A stretch of DNA of 64,000 nucleotides from Candidatus Omnitrophota bacterium (GCA_016214265.1 JACROU010000045.1:1072-65071); one strand, 5' to 3'. Positions 1 to 9,498 are shown, counted from the first letter of the stretch. Notes: generated by a model from the sequence alone, not told the origin. Made by a program: numbers and translations.

Positions 1-1010
1 CGAATGGCCTCGCCTTTTTTCCCGCCCGTCGCGACCAGAACAATTTCGCGCGCGCGGCGAACCTCACCGGCCAACGTCAGCGCTTTGACCGGAACCAAGT
101 TTATGTTTGTGAAATACCGGGAATTATCAAGAATGGTCGGCAGAGCAAGGTGAACCAGCTTGGCTCCCGGCTCGAAAAATTCAGCCTCGTCTTTGAGAAT
201 AAGATTTTTCATGAGATGCGCAGGGATCTGGGCCAAAATTTCTTGTGCTTTTTCACGAGTCAGATTACGGATGTAAAAGATGGTGTTCTGATGATCCAGC
301 AATCGCCGGCCCAAAATATCCAATTCGGCTCTGAGGTCTCCACGATCCGCATCGGGACGATATTTGGCAAGTTCGTCGACCAAGTCTGAAGAATTCCCCA
401 AATTACTTCTGAGCCTCAGACGCAGCTCAAGAGCCCGGGAAATCGCCTGACCAAGCTCGCCTTCGGCCACATCTAAGCCGACGGTAAACTCATTAAAATC
501 GCGGAGTGTCAGCTCGGATATTTCTCGAGCCGGCTCAACGAACGCGAAATGCCCGTCCTTGCCGATGCCGAGAAGCTGCCAGTCGATGCCGCCCTTCTCG
601 CGGATTTTCGCCAGATATTCTGAAATTTCTATTCTAGGATCCTCGGTCTTACCACGAAACAGATGTGTGCTCTCACGCTTGAATGCCCGGGCCGGATCAA
701 TTTCCCGGAGCCGCGCAAACAGATGCCCCTCCATATAATACCGGTAGCTTTGAACGTGCTCTGGACTCAATCCGAAATACTCATCCAGATTAAAAGTAAC
801 AACACGGGAAAAATCGATACTGGAATCGCGGCGGAACATCTCGACCACTTCGTCATAAACCGATTCCATCGTCCCGCCAGTCGCAAGGCCAAGCACCGCA
901 TCGGGCTTCGTCTTCACCACCTGAACCAGCCGCTCTGCCACGTCCTTCGGCAATTCATTTTTATTTTGAATGACTTGAAGTTTAATTTTTCCGGGAGGAG
1001 TGATTGAATC
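1..1010 (-). other. glucosamine-6-phosphate deaminase / 6-phosphogluconolactonase (NagB/Pgl)-like domain, truncated by the window edge
   Basis: AVLGLATGGTMESVYDEVV, VVTFNLDEYFGL, IDWQLLGIGKDGHFAFVEP (revcomp of cggctcaacgaacgcgaaatgcccgtccttgccgatgccgagaag at 531-575), ...ILDNSRYFTNINLVPVKALTLAGEVRRARNIVLVATGGKKGEAI at 1-60. Confidence 0.6.
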
Positions 1011-4000
1011 GGATTGACCTAAACTCAAACCGTTAGAGGAAGACTTCGTTCGCTGATCGTACGTATTCCTGATAAATACTTCTAATTCAGACTCGAATGA
1101 AAATCCTTCATGACTTTTTGCAGCTTGATAAATTTCTTCCTTCAAAGCTGGCGGCGCTCGATTGGGCAGCAATTCAAAAACCATTTCGCGCGTGATCCGA
1201 ATTCTTTCTTTCCGGACCGGTTCCGATTCTTCCGGGCGTGTCATCACAGCCCCGCGATTTAAAGATTCCGCGGCAGTTCCAGACACAGCGGCTTTTCCTT
1301 TGTATATATGTATGACAAGGGCATCCAACTGTTCACGAACTAATCCCGCTGGCACACTTGGATCAAGACCGATCCCAAACTCCCCGTCTATTTGCGTCAT
1401 GAAAACATTTTCGTTATTCGTTCTATCATGAATCGCCTGATGGGAACCGACAAAATTTTCAGTAACGTGTTCTATTTTTACCTCATAGCCATGCTTTCCA
1501 AGTTTATCCGTAATTAGTTTCTTCCATTCCTCAACAAATCCGCCCAACCGCCGCTCCTTTTCACTCACATTCAATTTTTCCCATTCAGAATAAGCCGAAC
1601 CGGAATAAACACGTGTGGGATAAGGCATCACATCTTCGACAAAAGTCATTACTTCCGTTCCCGGTGAAGCCGGAACCATGAGGCGGCTGAATTCCCGGAA
1701 CACATCATCCATTTCCGCAACCGTCATATAACCTAGAGCATCAAAACCAATAATACGTTTAAACGTATGTTCTGGTTTCGGAATTTTTCTCCAATCACCA
1801 GCGATCGTTTCAATTCGCGGATAACGTGATTGAATATCTTTCAAAGGTCCGGTCATATAATCCGTGACTGACATTTTCTGAACCAAGCTTTCCGGCAGCG
1901 GAGAAACCTCCCCTGTCTTATCCTCTAAATAAACAAGGTCCCGTCCCTGCCCCACGCCGATATCGAGCACACGTTCTCCTTCCGACAAATTTTGATCGAA
2001 AGGATTCCAAAATAATCGCGTTAACAACTGAGCGCGGGCCCGCTCCACTCTTTTCGTCGCTGCTTCTAACTCAAAATAACGGGAACGGGCATAACCTTTA
2101 ACAACAACACGCTTGATCAAATTCAATTCGCCGGCATAAAGATATCGGGCCAAAGCTCCGTCATCCAAAACAAACGGCTGAGATAAGAAATATAAATTGT
2201 TCTGATTGTCTACAAGATGGGTGCCTGTTACCATCGCGGTTTTACGATCCCCCTCCGTAAGTACGGGCTGGATGTTTCGAACGGGTTTAGTTTTCAGATC
2301 AGTAACCAAAGTGAAGACAATCTTACGCCCGCCCATTAATACAACCTGCAGGGAAACAGTGGCTAAATTTTCCCCGATACGCAACTGACTCCATTTTTCC
2401 GGATTGCGAAGCTCCAGAAAAACTTGTATCTCTTGAATATCATTGGGAGTAACCGGAAAATGCGCCGCTAACGTCAACGCTTTTAAAAACACCGACCCCT
2501 CTTCAGCAAGAATAAAATCTGATACGGCATCCTGAAACGCAGCGTATTGCTTCCGGGGTTTTTTCTCACCGCTGGCATTTTCGAATATCTTTCTTACTTG
2601 TTTTTCCAATTCAACAGGAATCCGGGTGATTGCAGATGGTTCGGTAATCACATTTTCATCTTGGCACCACAATGCGGGCATAAAAGTCTTGTCGGATTTC
2701 ACGAAATGCGTCTTGGATTGCAACCTCCACACATCAGTTAAATCCCCTTCAAAATCCTTACCCAAACTCGCGCCGCCTGCCGGGATGCCCGCTTGCGGGT
2801 CGGCTGGCGAGTTCTTGGTGGAGCGCGACAGTTCAGAAATTTCTTTATTGGAAATTGGATTTGATCTTGCTCCCGACGAACCCAAAGATTTTCCGGAGGA
2901 ATTAAAATCGGGCATGGCTTCGGGAATAGAAGCTGTCGGCGAGGCAAATGGAATATCATTTTTGGCGACCGCGGGAAAAACGGATCCGTATTCGCGTTTC
3001 AAAATCTGGCGAAACGCGTCGTATTTCCCGTCCGCTTTCAGCGCTTTAGCAATTTGGGCATGAATCCCCCCGAGCGCCGCGAGCACAGTCGTCATTTTTC
3101 CGTCCCACGTCAAAAGCGGCGCGATGGCGTTGCCGTCCACACTCGCCGACTCGACAGTGCCAAAACGGCTTTGCATTTTGGGACCCTTGAGCATCACATC
3201 AAGCCAGGCCAAGGCAATTCCTGAGGGTCCGGCCAACATCACCGGAAACACCGCGTACGGCGCCACCACTTTTTTATTTTTGACGGGTTGAAGCGCGAGC
3301 TCCGGAATTCCGGACTCTGCCAGATACGCGGGATTCTGATTGCCAGTCACCACATCGTGCGCGGACGCAAAAAGTCCCGGAATTTTATTCAGAGCCGAAT
3401 TCCAGGTTCTGGCCCTTTCTCCATTTTCAAAAATCTGACGGACTGTGGGGTCATCGGTATACGGAAGAATTAAATATTTCCACATTTCGTGCGATGAAAA
3501 CCAAAATCCTTTGAGTGTCGTCAGTCGGCCTTGAGGCGTTTTGAAATCCGAAGGCTTCAGATTGGGACGCTGATTGGCCCAAACCTTGTCCGCTTCCTTC
3601 GCGTCTTTCCATCGGCCAAAAAGAGTAATGAAGAAGGTAAAGAGCTCACCCTCATAAGGGTCTGCCAGAAAATTCGTATTGCTCAAATAATTTTCCTGGG
3701 AAGGTGCGGCATTCACATTTTTGATTTTGACCTCACCGCGAATTTTTCCGCCGCCCTCGTAGAACATCGTGACGGCATTCTGAGCCATCATATCGAACCG
3801 GGTTTTGTAACGTGCCGCTAGATCTTTGTGACCTTTCGCATCCAGCGCGTGATAAGCGGCATAAAGCGACCAGGCCAGCTGGCCGTTATCGAGCGCGGGC
3901 ACGCGATCCTGCCAGTCCCGCGTAGGCTGCATTCCACCATCGCTGACTAAAAACCAAGGCAGAAAACCGCCGAAACCGGGGTAGGTGCGACTGAATTTTT

Positions 4001-7000
4001 CGTAACTCGTAATTTTCTTCGTGAGAATGTCAACGGCCCGGGCTTCGGCCTTCGCGAGATTATCCGGGGACATAAACAATTTCACCCGGTCGTCTTCCCC
4101 CAGCACCGCGAGTGCCGCCAGCGCCACTTGAAGCGATTCTTTAGATGCCGCGCTCCAATTTCTTGGGCCACCACGCAACTCACCAGTCTCAAAATCAATC
4201 GAATGGCCGTCATAAGTCAGTCCGGAACCGGCGTTGTACGCAATTCCCGGCTGATGAAACTGTCCCTCCCAATACAACAATTTCCGAAGGTAAGCATCCG
4301 CCAATTCTTTTTTGCCGATCAAATCTTCCGCTTTAAACTCGGGGGCAAATCGATAATTTCCTTTAGGTTCCTGCACCGGCATTTTCCCGGCAAACGCAAA
4401 AGCGGCCGCCACGCCAATAAGAGCCAGAAACTCTCTTCGCGAAAAGCTTTCTTCAGAATTTCCGAGACTTGAAGCTTGAGAAACGGGGAAAAAATGAGTC
4501 ACGATTTTGCTAACCAGAGGATGAGAAATATTCAATGATTTTCCCATCAGCCGCACCATTTGATCCAATAATGCCTCAAAACTTTCCTTGGCATCCCAAG
4601 AAAGGTTGCCAAATAATCGAATCATGGCTTTTTCAAAATTTTTCTGATTAAGAACCGCCTCTTGTTGATGAACAGCTTCATTGACCGGCTTATTCGGTTC
4701 CGACGCGCAAATTTGTGTTGTAAAACTGGGACTATGAACTAATGCTCCAAAAACTTCGGGAATGCGATTAATCGTGGCATTACTAACAACAGCCGGCGAT
4801 ATTTCAATTAATGCCTGGCCGACCTTAATAAAGTGTTTGATGAGCTCTTGTTCATCCTCTCCCTCATTGGCCCCCAAACTTTGCGCGGCTGTGACCACCG
4901 TCCCCGCATCGGAGCCATTTTGAAAAACTTTTTCGATATGTTCCGCGTCGGTGATAATTCCACGCCGCGCGCCGCCATCCTTAACGAAAGCCAGCGTGGC
5001 TTCCACTTTGGGCCCCATGCTGCCGGGAGGAAACTCCCCTTCTTTATAATATTTTTCGAGTTCGCTCACGGAGGGACGAACCAACTCTTTTTCGGATAAC
5101 TTTTTGAACTGCACTTTGACACGCGGAACGCCGGTCACAATCAGAAGATTTTTCAGATTCAATTCTTTCGCCAGAAGCGCGGAACTGCGGTCTTTGTCGA
5201 TCACGCCCTCCAGCGCTTCAATCACATCGACTTCTCGGTAGCGGATCGGCACTCCGCCGCCACCCACGGCCACCACAATTTTTCCGGCCGTGAGGGCTTC
5301 GCGAATATCCTGGAGATCTTTCGGAAAAATTGAAAGCGGTTTGGGCGAAGCCACCACCCGGCGCCAGCCTTTTCCCGGAACATACGTAAACTGCCATCCT
5401 TTTTCTGCCATCAAAGCATTCTTCTGATCCTCTGAATTGTATGGACCAATGGGTTTGTCAGGATGATGAAACGCTTCATCGTTTGGATTTACAATCACCC
5501 GGGTCGGATTCAGATAAATTTCCGGCAAATTCGGAAGCTCATCTTTTTTGATTTCTTCGTAGGCGCGTAAAATATATTTTCTGAAAATTTCGGTCTGAGT
5601 TTCAGCCACCAATTCATTCAGTCGCGGCATTTGCTGAATCTCTCCGGCTTTCAATTGTTTTTCTTTTTCAAGCCAGAGGTCGCCGACTTGCGGACCATTA
5701 CCGTGTGTAATCAAAAGCGGAGTTCCGGGCCGGTAAAGCCGCAGCACGCGCCGGAGCATTTCTTTGACGTTGCGGTACTGCGCCTCATCTGTGCGAATAT
5801 CTTTTAGCGGTCCAGACTCAGCAATGAAGGCATTTCCGCCGAGCGCCACTGCCGTTCCTGAAAGCCCGACTGCACCCAAACTGGAGCCCTGAACCCGCGC
5901 AAACGGAAACTCGATTTTAAAAATGGGCGCCTGTCCTCCGGAAGTCAGCAACAACATATCTCCGCCGTAACTTTCGATGAGTCGTTTGGATAAATTCAGC
6001 CCCACCCCGGCTTCCGGACGCGTCTTGTCATCGGACTTGCCTTTTTTGAATAACTGCGGAATTGTTTCGGAATTAATGGGAGCACCGTTGTTGCCGACAA
6101 ATAACACCACCTTGTCGGTGTTTGGGTCATGACCGGCCTCGATAGTTACTTCAGTCGCATGATGTTTTTTCGCATTCCGGATTAAATTACCCAGAACAAA
6201 AATCATTCCCAATTTGGAAACACGAACTGGAAGCGGAGCATCAGGAATAGATACCTTGATGTCAAAAGAGCTCTCGGTTTTTCCTTCGGCTTCCGCATTA
6301 ATTCTTTCTTTGTTTAAATAAAGATGCCGGGTGATTGAAACGATTTTTTTGACATCTACAAATTTTTCGTTCACTTCCCTAGCTGCTCTGGAACGCCGAA
6401 TCACATCCATCAACTCTTCAAGACTTTCGCCCAACAAAACAATCACCGCAATTTTTTCGAGAACAAGCATTTCGATAGTGGTCAGCAGCAGGTTTTTAGG
6501 CAAATCCTGCTGCGCCTCCCTCGCAAAACGAACCATCAAACTCAAATTCAGGAGAATCCTCCAGATTTTTTTGAAAAAATCGTCCACTTTTGTATTCGGA
6601 TTTGGCTCGATCTCCTCTTTTCTCAGATCATTGTTGAATCGGTAAACCAGGTTGGAACCAGCTTGATGAATCTTTCTCAATTGCACTTCTTTCCCAACAC
6701 TAAATATTCCTTCGAGAGGCAAGAACTTCGAAATAGAACCCAAATGGGTATGAATGGGATTCAGCCATCCGGCAAGCTCATGGAAAGCCATGCCGACGAT
6801 TAGCAGCTGATCGGCCTTGGAAAGCTCTGTTCGGATAATACGGAAAGAACTCTTGCCTTCAGGGTCCTTCAACAACTCTAAAGCAACGCTTCTGTCATTG
6901 TTGCGAGGAAAATCCCGGTTCATGTCAAGAACGACATATCCAAAATCCGGACGTTCTTGTGCGTCCAAAATCAAATTGGCGCCGAAAATGCTGAAACGTT

Positions 7001-9434
7001 TTTCTTTCAATCCCCAAAATCCGAATTTTTTTGCCACATCGTCCCTCGGGGGAGTGTGGCCAGAAAATAAAGCGGCCAGTTTCATCCGGGAAAGATAGGT
7101 CGCCAAAAAATTGGCATCGTACTTTCGGAGAAAAAGGAGAATGTACAGCGCATGATTTTCTTTGTAAAAGTAACCGTCTTTCAGCAAGTTAATTATCTGA
7201 TTCCAGCTTTTTAATCTAAAGGAGGGCCTGGCATGGACCAGCATGACATGCTCATCACCCATCCGAGCGCGGATTACGATAGGCCAGCTTTTAAAAAAAT
7301 CCGACATCGCAATTAAAATTGCGGGGCCATGTTCTTCAAAATAACCATAATGCTGCTTAATATAATTTTCAAAATCCGATGTCTGAGATTGTTTTATCTT
7401 GGAATCAGGCGGGGCTCTTAAAATTTCGACCTGACTTCCAGCAATATGCGACAACTCATGATTGCCAAGTACCGCATGCACATTCCGGGGAAAGCCGATT
7501 TTCAGTTTCATAAAAAGCGCCAGCGTCGCAAGGGTTTGTGTCTGGGCGTCCTCTTGTTTCATCAAATCCCCTGAAGGATGAATCAGGTCGCCTAAAAATA
7601 CCAGGTGAAGACCGCCATCCTGAAGTCCCGTGAGAATGCCCGGCTCGCGGAGCAGCGAGGTTAAATGATAGAAATGTCCCTGCATATCCCCCACCACCGC
7701 CAATTTTTTTCCGGTTTCAATATTCAAGAGCGCGCCAGGTTTCATTTCCCAATCCAGCGGACGCTCACTTTCCGAATAGGTCATCGCTTCCCTGGCGTCT
7801 TCAAACAACTGTTTCAGGCCGCCAAGATTAAGTTCATCTAAAAACTTTTTAGGATCTGTAGGAATTTCAAATTTCGTTTTTGCTTTTTTTATCTCCCCCA
7901 GACTTGCCGCGGCGGCGGATACAATAGCCATGCGCGTGGCAACGACAGTTTCTCCGAGGCTGGCCGCTAGCGCCGGACGACCCTGAGCCAGCTGGGCCAG
8001 CACCAATCCGGAAGTTTTGATGCCACGCGTCATCGATTGGCGGTAAATCTTCGAGCTGTCACCGTCAACGTTGGGACGAATCGTGACATGCGGAATTTGG
8101 CGATTGTTGAAATATTTGTTCAGACCCTCAGTATGAAATCCACCGGTTATCAAAATGGCGCGGGAATTCTTCGATTGCCGAAGCTTTTCTTCAATTTTTT
8201 TCATAAAAACGTCTTCGCGTGCCTCTGCGGCTGCATAAAATGAATAGGCTGGAGAGACTATTGGCCGGCCGCCCTTTAGCTCTTCCCACTCTTTTCGGGT
8301 CAACTCAAGTGACACGAGTCCGCGAAGTAAGCGAAAATTTCGGACTTCTTGAACAAAACTTTCAGACACCATCGCGGCAAGAAGCAACTCCATCAGCCGT
8401 TTGATTTCTTCAAAGAGCGGGGCACTTTCGATTTCGTACTGAAAAATTCGGTTGCGCGCATAACGCGTAAAATTGGGATAATTCTCGAACTTGAACCCGC
8501 GGGGCGCGGCGGATTGATACAGTCTTTCGGTAACATGACGGTAATTACACACCCCGTCAACTTCGTCGCCACCCCTCTCAAGATGAGACTTCATCCAGTT
8601 ACCAAATCTTTGTTTGATCTCAGCCTCTTCTTTGCTGGCTTTTTCAAAATCAATCAGCCCTTCTTCGGCCTTCAGCTGAAACAGACGGACTAAATTGGGA
8701 AATTCGATTTGTTCTTTGGCATCCGCCAAATCACGATAGAGATACATTTTTGTGAAACGGCTCAAATCTGCCGTCACGGATGACCAATTCGCGTTCTTCC
8801 GGTCAAAGTCCAAATATTCCCGCAACAGAATCAACGCGTCTTTTTTCAACTCCCGAGAAGCTTTCCGGTCCAGCTGTTGACGGATTGTTTCCAAATTTCT
8901 TTTCGATTCGGTTTCATGACGCATCACGTCCCTGAAAAGATCAAAGTTTTTCCGGTAAAGCGCGGCATCTTCGATACCAATGGCATGAAGTCCCTTCGTA
9001 TTCAAGGCAAGCTCCGAGCCCGTGATTTCGCCCAAATCAACCAATTTGTCGATGAGCTTATGGTTCAGCTGCGGATTTTGAAGAAATCGGAGATACCGGG
9101 AATCCAGCTCCTCGACCGCGCCTTCAACAAAAACAGTTGTGATTCCATAATTTTTGAAAAGATATTCAATGATTTTTTCGGTATTTCTTTGTCCAGAAGG
9201 ATTTCCGTGAGCATCTTGAATATGAATCAAAAAGGGGCGGTCAGCAGAATGAGCCAGCGAGGCGGATTCGATGGCACCTAACTCAACGGGAATTTGAATT
9301 TGTGGAAGCGGCTCAACACGGACTTCTGAAGGAAGATTGCCGTAAGCGATGGTGTTGGACAAAAAACACACAATGACCGCAAACGCAACAATACGCTGGC
9401 TTAATTTTGCGAGCCTTCCTGGCTGTGATTGCAT
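1..9434 (-). CDS. giant multidomain protein; 5' end (ATG) at 9434, 3' end beyond the left window edge, at least 3144 codons in window. Domain order: signal-anchor, metallophosphoesterase, GHKL/HATPase_c, carbamate kinase-like, Tat-like hydrophobic segment, (alpha/alpha)6-like, SAM methyltransferase-like, NagB/Pgl-like
   Basis: No complete ORF of 60 aa or more is listed on the minus strand across 1-9434 except two short off-frame ones, and plus-strand ORFs are all short. Minus-strand translation starts at ATG 9434 (AGGGTGGA 11 nt upstream, in-frame TAA at 9462-9464). It reads MQSQPGRLAKLSQRIVAFAVIVCFL... and stays open; motifs checked against the plus strand at 7456-7484, 6075-6098, 5680-5711, 4382-4447, 3841-3920, 1937-1978 and 531-575 all fall in the same frame (first codon base congruent to 2 mod 3). 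Confidence 0.7.
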   Translation of the reverse strand, partial: MQSQPGRLAKLSQRIVAFAVIVCFLSNTIAYGNLPSEVRVEPLPQIQIPVELGAIESASLAHSADRPFLIHIQDAHGNPSGQRNTEKIIEYLFKNYGITTVFVEGAVEELDSRYLRFLQNPQLNHKLIDKLVDLGEITGSELALNTKGLHAIGIEDAALYRKNFDLFRDVMRHETESKRNLETIRQQLDRKASRELKKDALILLREYLDFDRKNANWSSVTADLSRFTKMYLYRDLADAKEQIEFPNLVRLFQLKAEEGLIDFEKASKEEAEIKQRFGNWMKSHLERGGDEVDGVCNYRHVTERLYQSAAPRGFKFENYPNFTRYARNRIFQYEIESAPLFEEIKRLMELLLAAMVSESFVQEVRNFRLLRGLVSLELTRKEWEELKGGRPIVSPAYSFYAAAEAREDVFMKKIEEKLRQSKNSRAILITGGFHTEGLNKYFNNRQIPHVTIRPNVDGDSSKIYRQSMTRGIKTSGLVLAQLAQGRPALAASLGETVVATRMAIVSAAAASLGEIKKAKTKFEIPTDPKKFLDELNLGGLKQLFEDAREAMTYSESERPLDWEMKPGALLNIETGKKLAVVGDMQGHFYHLTSLLREPGILTGLQDGGLHLVFLGDLIHPSGDLMKQEDAQTQTLATLALFMKLKIGFPRNVHAVLGNHELSHIAGSQVEILRAPPDSKIKQSQTSDFENYIKQHYGYFEEHGPAILIAMSDFFKSWPIVIRARMGDEHVMLVHARPSFRLKSWNQIINLLKDGYFYKENHALYILLFLRKYDANFLATYLSRMKLAALFSGHTPPRDDVAKKFGFWGLKEKRFSIFGANLILDAQERPDFGYVVLDMNRDFPRNNDRSVALELLKDPEGKSSFRIIRTELSKADQLLIVGMAFHELAGWLNPIHTHLGSISKFLPLEGIFSVGKEVQLRKIHQAGSNLVYRFNNDLRKEEIEPNPNTKVDDFFKKIWRILLNLSLMVRFAREAQQDLPKNLLLTTIEMLVLEKIAVIVLLGESLEELMDVIRRSRAAREVNEKFVDVKKIVSITRHLYLNKERINAEAEGKTESSFDIKVSIPDAPLPVRVSKLGMIFVLGNLIRNAKKHHATEVTIEAGHDPNTDKVVLFVGNNGAPINSETIPQLFKKGKSDDKTRPEAGVGLNLSKRLIESYGGDMLLLTSGGQAPIFKIEFPFARVQGSSLGAVGLSGTAVALGGNAFIAESGPLKDIRTDEAQYRNVKEMLRRVLRLYRPGTPLLITHGNGPQVGDLWLEKEKQLKAGEIQQMPRLNELVAETQTEIFRKYILRAYEEIKKDELPNLPEIYLNPTRVIVNPNDEAFHHPDKPIGPYNSEDQKNALMAEKGWQFTYVPGKGWRRVVASPKPLSIFPKDLQDIREALTAGKIVVAVGGGGVPIRYREVDVIEALEGVIDKDRSSALLAKELNLKNLLIVTGVPRVKVQFKKLSEKELVRPSVSELEKYYKEGEFPPGSMGPKVEATLAFVKDGGARRGIITDAEHIEKVFQNGSDAGTVVTAAQSLGANEGEDEQELIKHFIKVGQALIEISPAVVSNATINRIPEVFGALVHSPSFTTQICASEPNKPVNEAVHQQEAVLNQKNFEKAMIRLFGNLSWDAKESFEALLDQMVRLMGKSLNISHPLVSKIVTHFFPVSQASSLGNSEESFSRREFLALIGVAAAFAFAGKMPVQEPKGNYRFAPEFKAEDLIGKKELADAYLRKLLYWEGQFHQPGIAYNAGSGLTYDGHSIDFETGELRGGPRNWSAASKESLQVALAALAVLGEDDRVKLFMSPDNLAKAEARAVDILTKKITSYEKFSRTYPGFGGFLPWFLVSDGGMQPTRDWQDRVPALDNGQLAWSLYAAYHALDAKGHKDLAARYKTRFDMMAQNAVTMFYEGGGKIRGEVKIKNVNAAPSQENYLSNTNFLADPYEGELFTFFITLFGRWKDAKEADKVWANQRPNLKPSDFKTPQGRLTTLKGFWFSSHEMWKYLILPYTDDPTVRQIFENGERARTWNSALNKIPGLFASAHDVVTGNQNPAYLAESGIPELALQPVKNKKVVAPYAVFPVMLAGPSGIALAWLDVMLKGPKMQSRFGTVESASVDGNAIAPLLTWDGKMTTVLAALGGIHAQIAKALKADGKYDAFRQILKREYGSVFPAVAKNDIPFASPTASIPEAMPDFNSSGKSLGSSGARSNPISNKEISELSRSTKNSPADPQAGIPAGGASLGKDFEGDLTDVWRLQSKTHFVKSDKTFMPALWCQDENVITEPSAITRIPVELEKQVRKIFENASGEKKPRKQYAAFQDAVSDFILAEEGSVFLKALTLAAHFPVTPNDIQEIQVFLELRNPEKWSQLRIGENLATVSLQVVLMGGRKIVFTLVTDLKTKPVRNIQPVLTEGDRKTAMVTGTHLVDNQNNLYFLSQPFVLDDGALARYLYAGELNLIKRVVVKGYARSRYFELEAATKRVERARAQLLTRLFWNPFDQNLSEGERVLDIGVGQGRDLVYLEDKTGEVSPLPESLVQKMSVTDYMTGPLKDIQSRYPRIETIAGDWRKIPKPEHTFKRIIGFDALGYMTVAEMDDVFREFSRLMVPASPGTEVMTFVEDVMPYPTRVYSGSAYSEWEKLNVSEKERRLGGFVEEWKKLITDKLGKHGYEVKIEHVTENFVGSHQAIHDRTNNENVFMTQIDGEFGIGLDPSVPAGLVREQLDALVIHIYKGKAAVSGTAAESLNRGAVMTRPEESEPVRKERIRITREMVFELLPNRAPPALKEEIYQAAKSHEGFSFESELEVFIRNTYDQRTKSSSNGLSLGQSDSITPPGKIKLQVIQNKNELPKDVAERLVQVVKTKPDAVLGLATGGTMESVYDEVVEMFRRDSSIDFSRVVTFNLDEYFGLSPEHVQSYRYYMEGHLFARLREIDPARAFKRESTHLFRGKTEDPRIEISEYLAKIREKGGIDWQLLGIGKDGHFAFVEPAREISELTLRDFNEFTVGLDVAEGELGQAISRALELRLRLRSNLGNSSDLVDELAKYRPDADRGDLRAELDILGRRLLDHQNTIFYIRNLTREKAQEILAQIPAHLMKNLILKDEAEFFEPGAKLVHLALPTILDNSRYFTNINLVPVKALTLAGEVRRAREIVLVATGGKKGEAI
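1500..2300 (-). other. class I SAM-dependent methyltransferase-like domain within the giant ORF
   Basis: Motif I ERVLDIGVGQGRDLVYL verified at 1937-1978 (plus strand gtcccgtccctgccccacgccgatatcgagcac), followed by RIIGFDALGYM and EFSRLMVPASPGTEVMTFVED. Confidence 0.5.
2700..4300 (-). other. (alpha/alpha)6 six-hairpin glycosidase-like region within the giant ORF (family unassigned; DUF3131/GH144-like is a guess)
   Basis: Segment ...DGGMQPTRDWQDRVPALDNGQLAWSLYAAYHALDAKGHKDLAARY... verified at 3841-3920; aromatic/Gly-rich helical repeats. Assignment is by resemblance only. Confidence 0.3.
4382..4447 (-). other. internal twin-arginine-like motif plus hydrophobic segment, SRREFLALIGVAAAFAFAGKM
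   Basis: Codon-by-codon revcomp of 4382-4444 gives S-R-R-E-F-L-A-L-I-G-V-A-A-A-F-A-F-A-G-K-M in the ORF frame. Confidence 0.5.
4865..5900 (-). other. carbamate kinase-like (amino-acid kinase family) domain within the giant ORF
   Basis: VALGGNAF near the start; signature LLITHGNGPQVG, read as revcomp of gccgacttgcggaccattaccgtgtgtaat at 5680-5711; KIVVAVGGGGVPI; GSMGPKVEA; ends at ...GSDAGTVVTA (about 4870-4925). Confidence 0.65.
5950..6260 (-). other. GHKL / histidine-kinase-like ATPase (HATPase_c) domain within the giant ORF
   Basis: N-box-like LGNLIRNAKKH, G1-like VLFVGNNGAPI (plus strand aatgggagcaccgttgttgccgac at 6075-6098), G2-like GVGLNLSKRLIESYGG. Confidence 0.5.
7040..7710 (-). other. 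calcineurin-like metallophosphoesterase domain within the giant ORF
   Basis: Motifs VVGDMQGHF (about 7672-7698), FLGDLIHPSGD and VLGNHE (7467-7484, plus strand ctcatgattgccaagtac), then SGHTP (about 7045-7062). Confidence 0.6.
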
Positions 9435-9470
9435 TCGAACGAGATCCACCCTTAGAGGAATTTAGGGGGA

Positions 9471-9498
9471 AATATAGCATATCTGCTTATATTTACAA
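9471..9498 (-). promoter_or_regulatory. candidate sigma-70 promoter for the giant gene: -35 TTGTAA (9493-9498), 16-nt spacer, -10 TATATT (9471-9476)
   Basis: Minus-strand reading ...cTTGTAAatataagcagatatgcTATATTtccccctaaattcc..., about 35 nt upstream of the ATG. Confidence 0.3.

Noticed and set aside
1-9434. Many short plus-strand ORFs (e.g. 2626-3063 at 145 aa, 4128-4472, 6331-6645, 8877-9281) and two short minus ORFs (2738-2959, 8393-8581).
   Set aside because: All lie inside or antisense to the continuous giant minus-strand reading frame, have no RBS or recognisable motifs, and show typical shadow-ORF composition.
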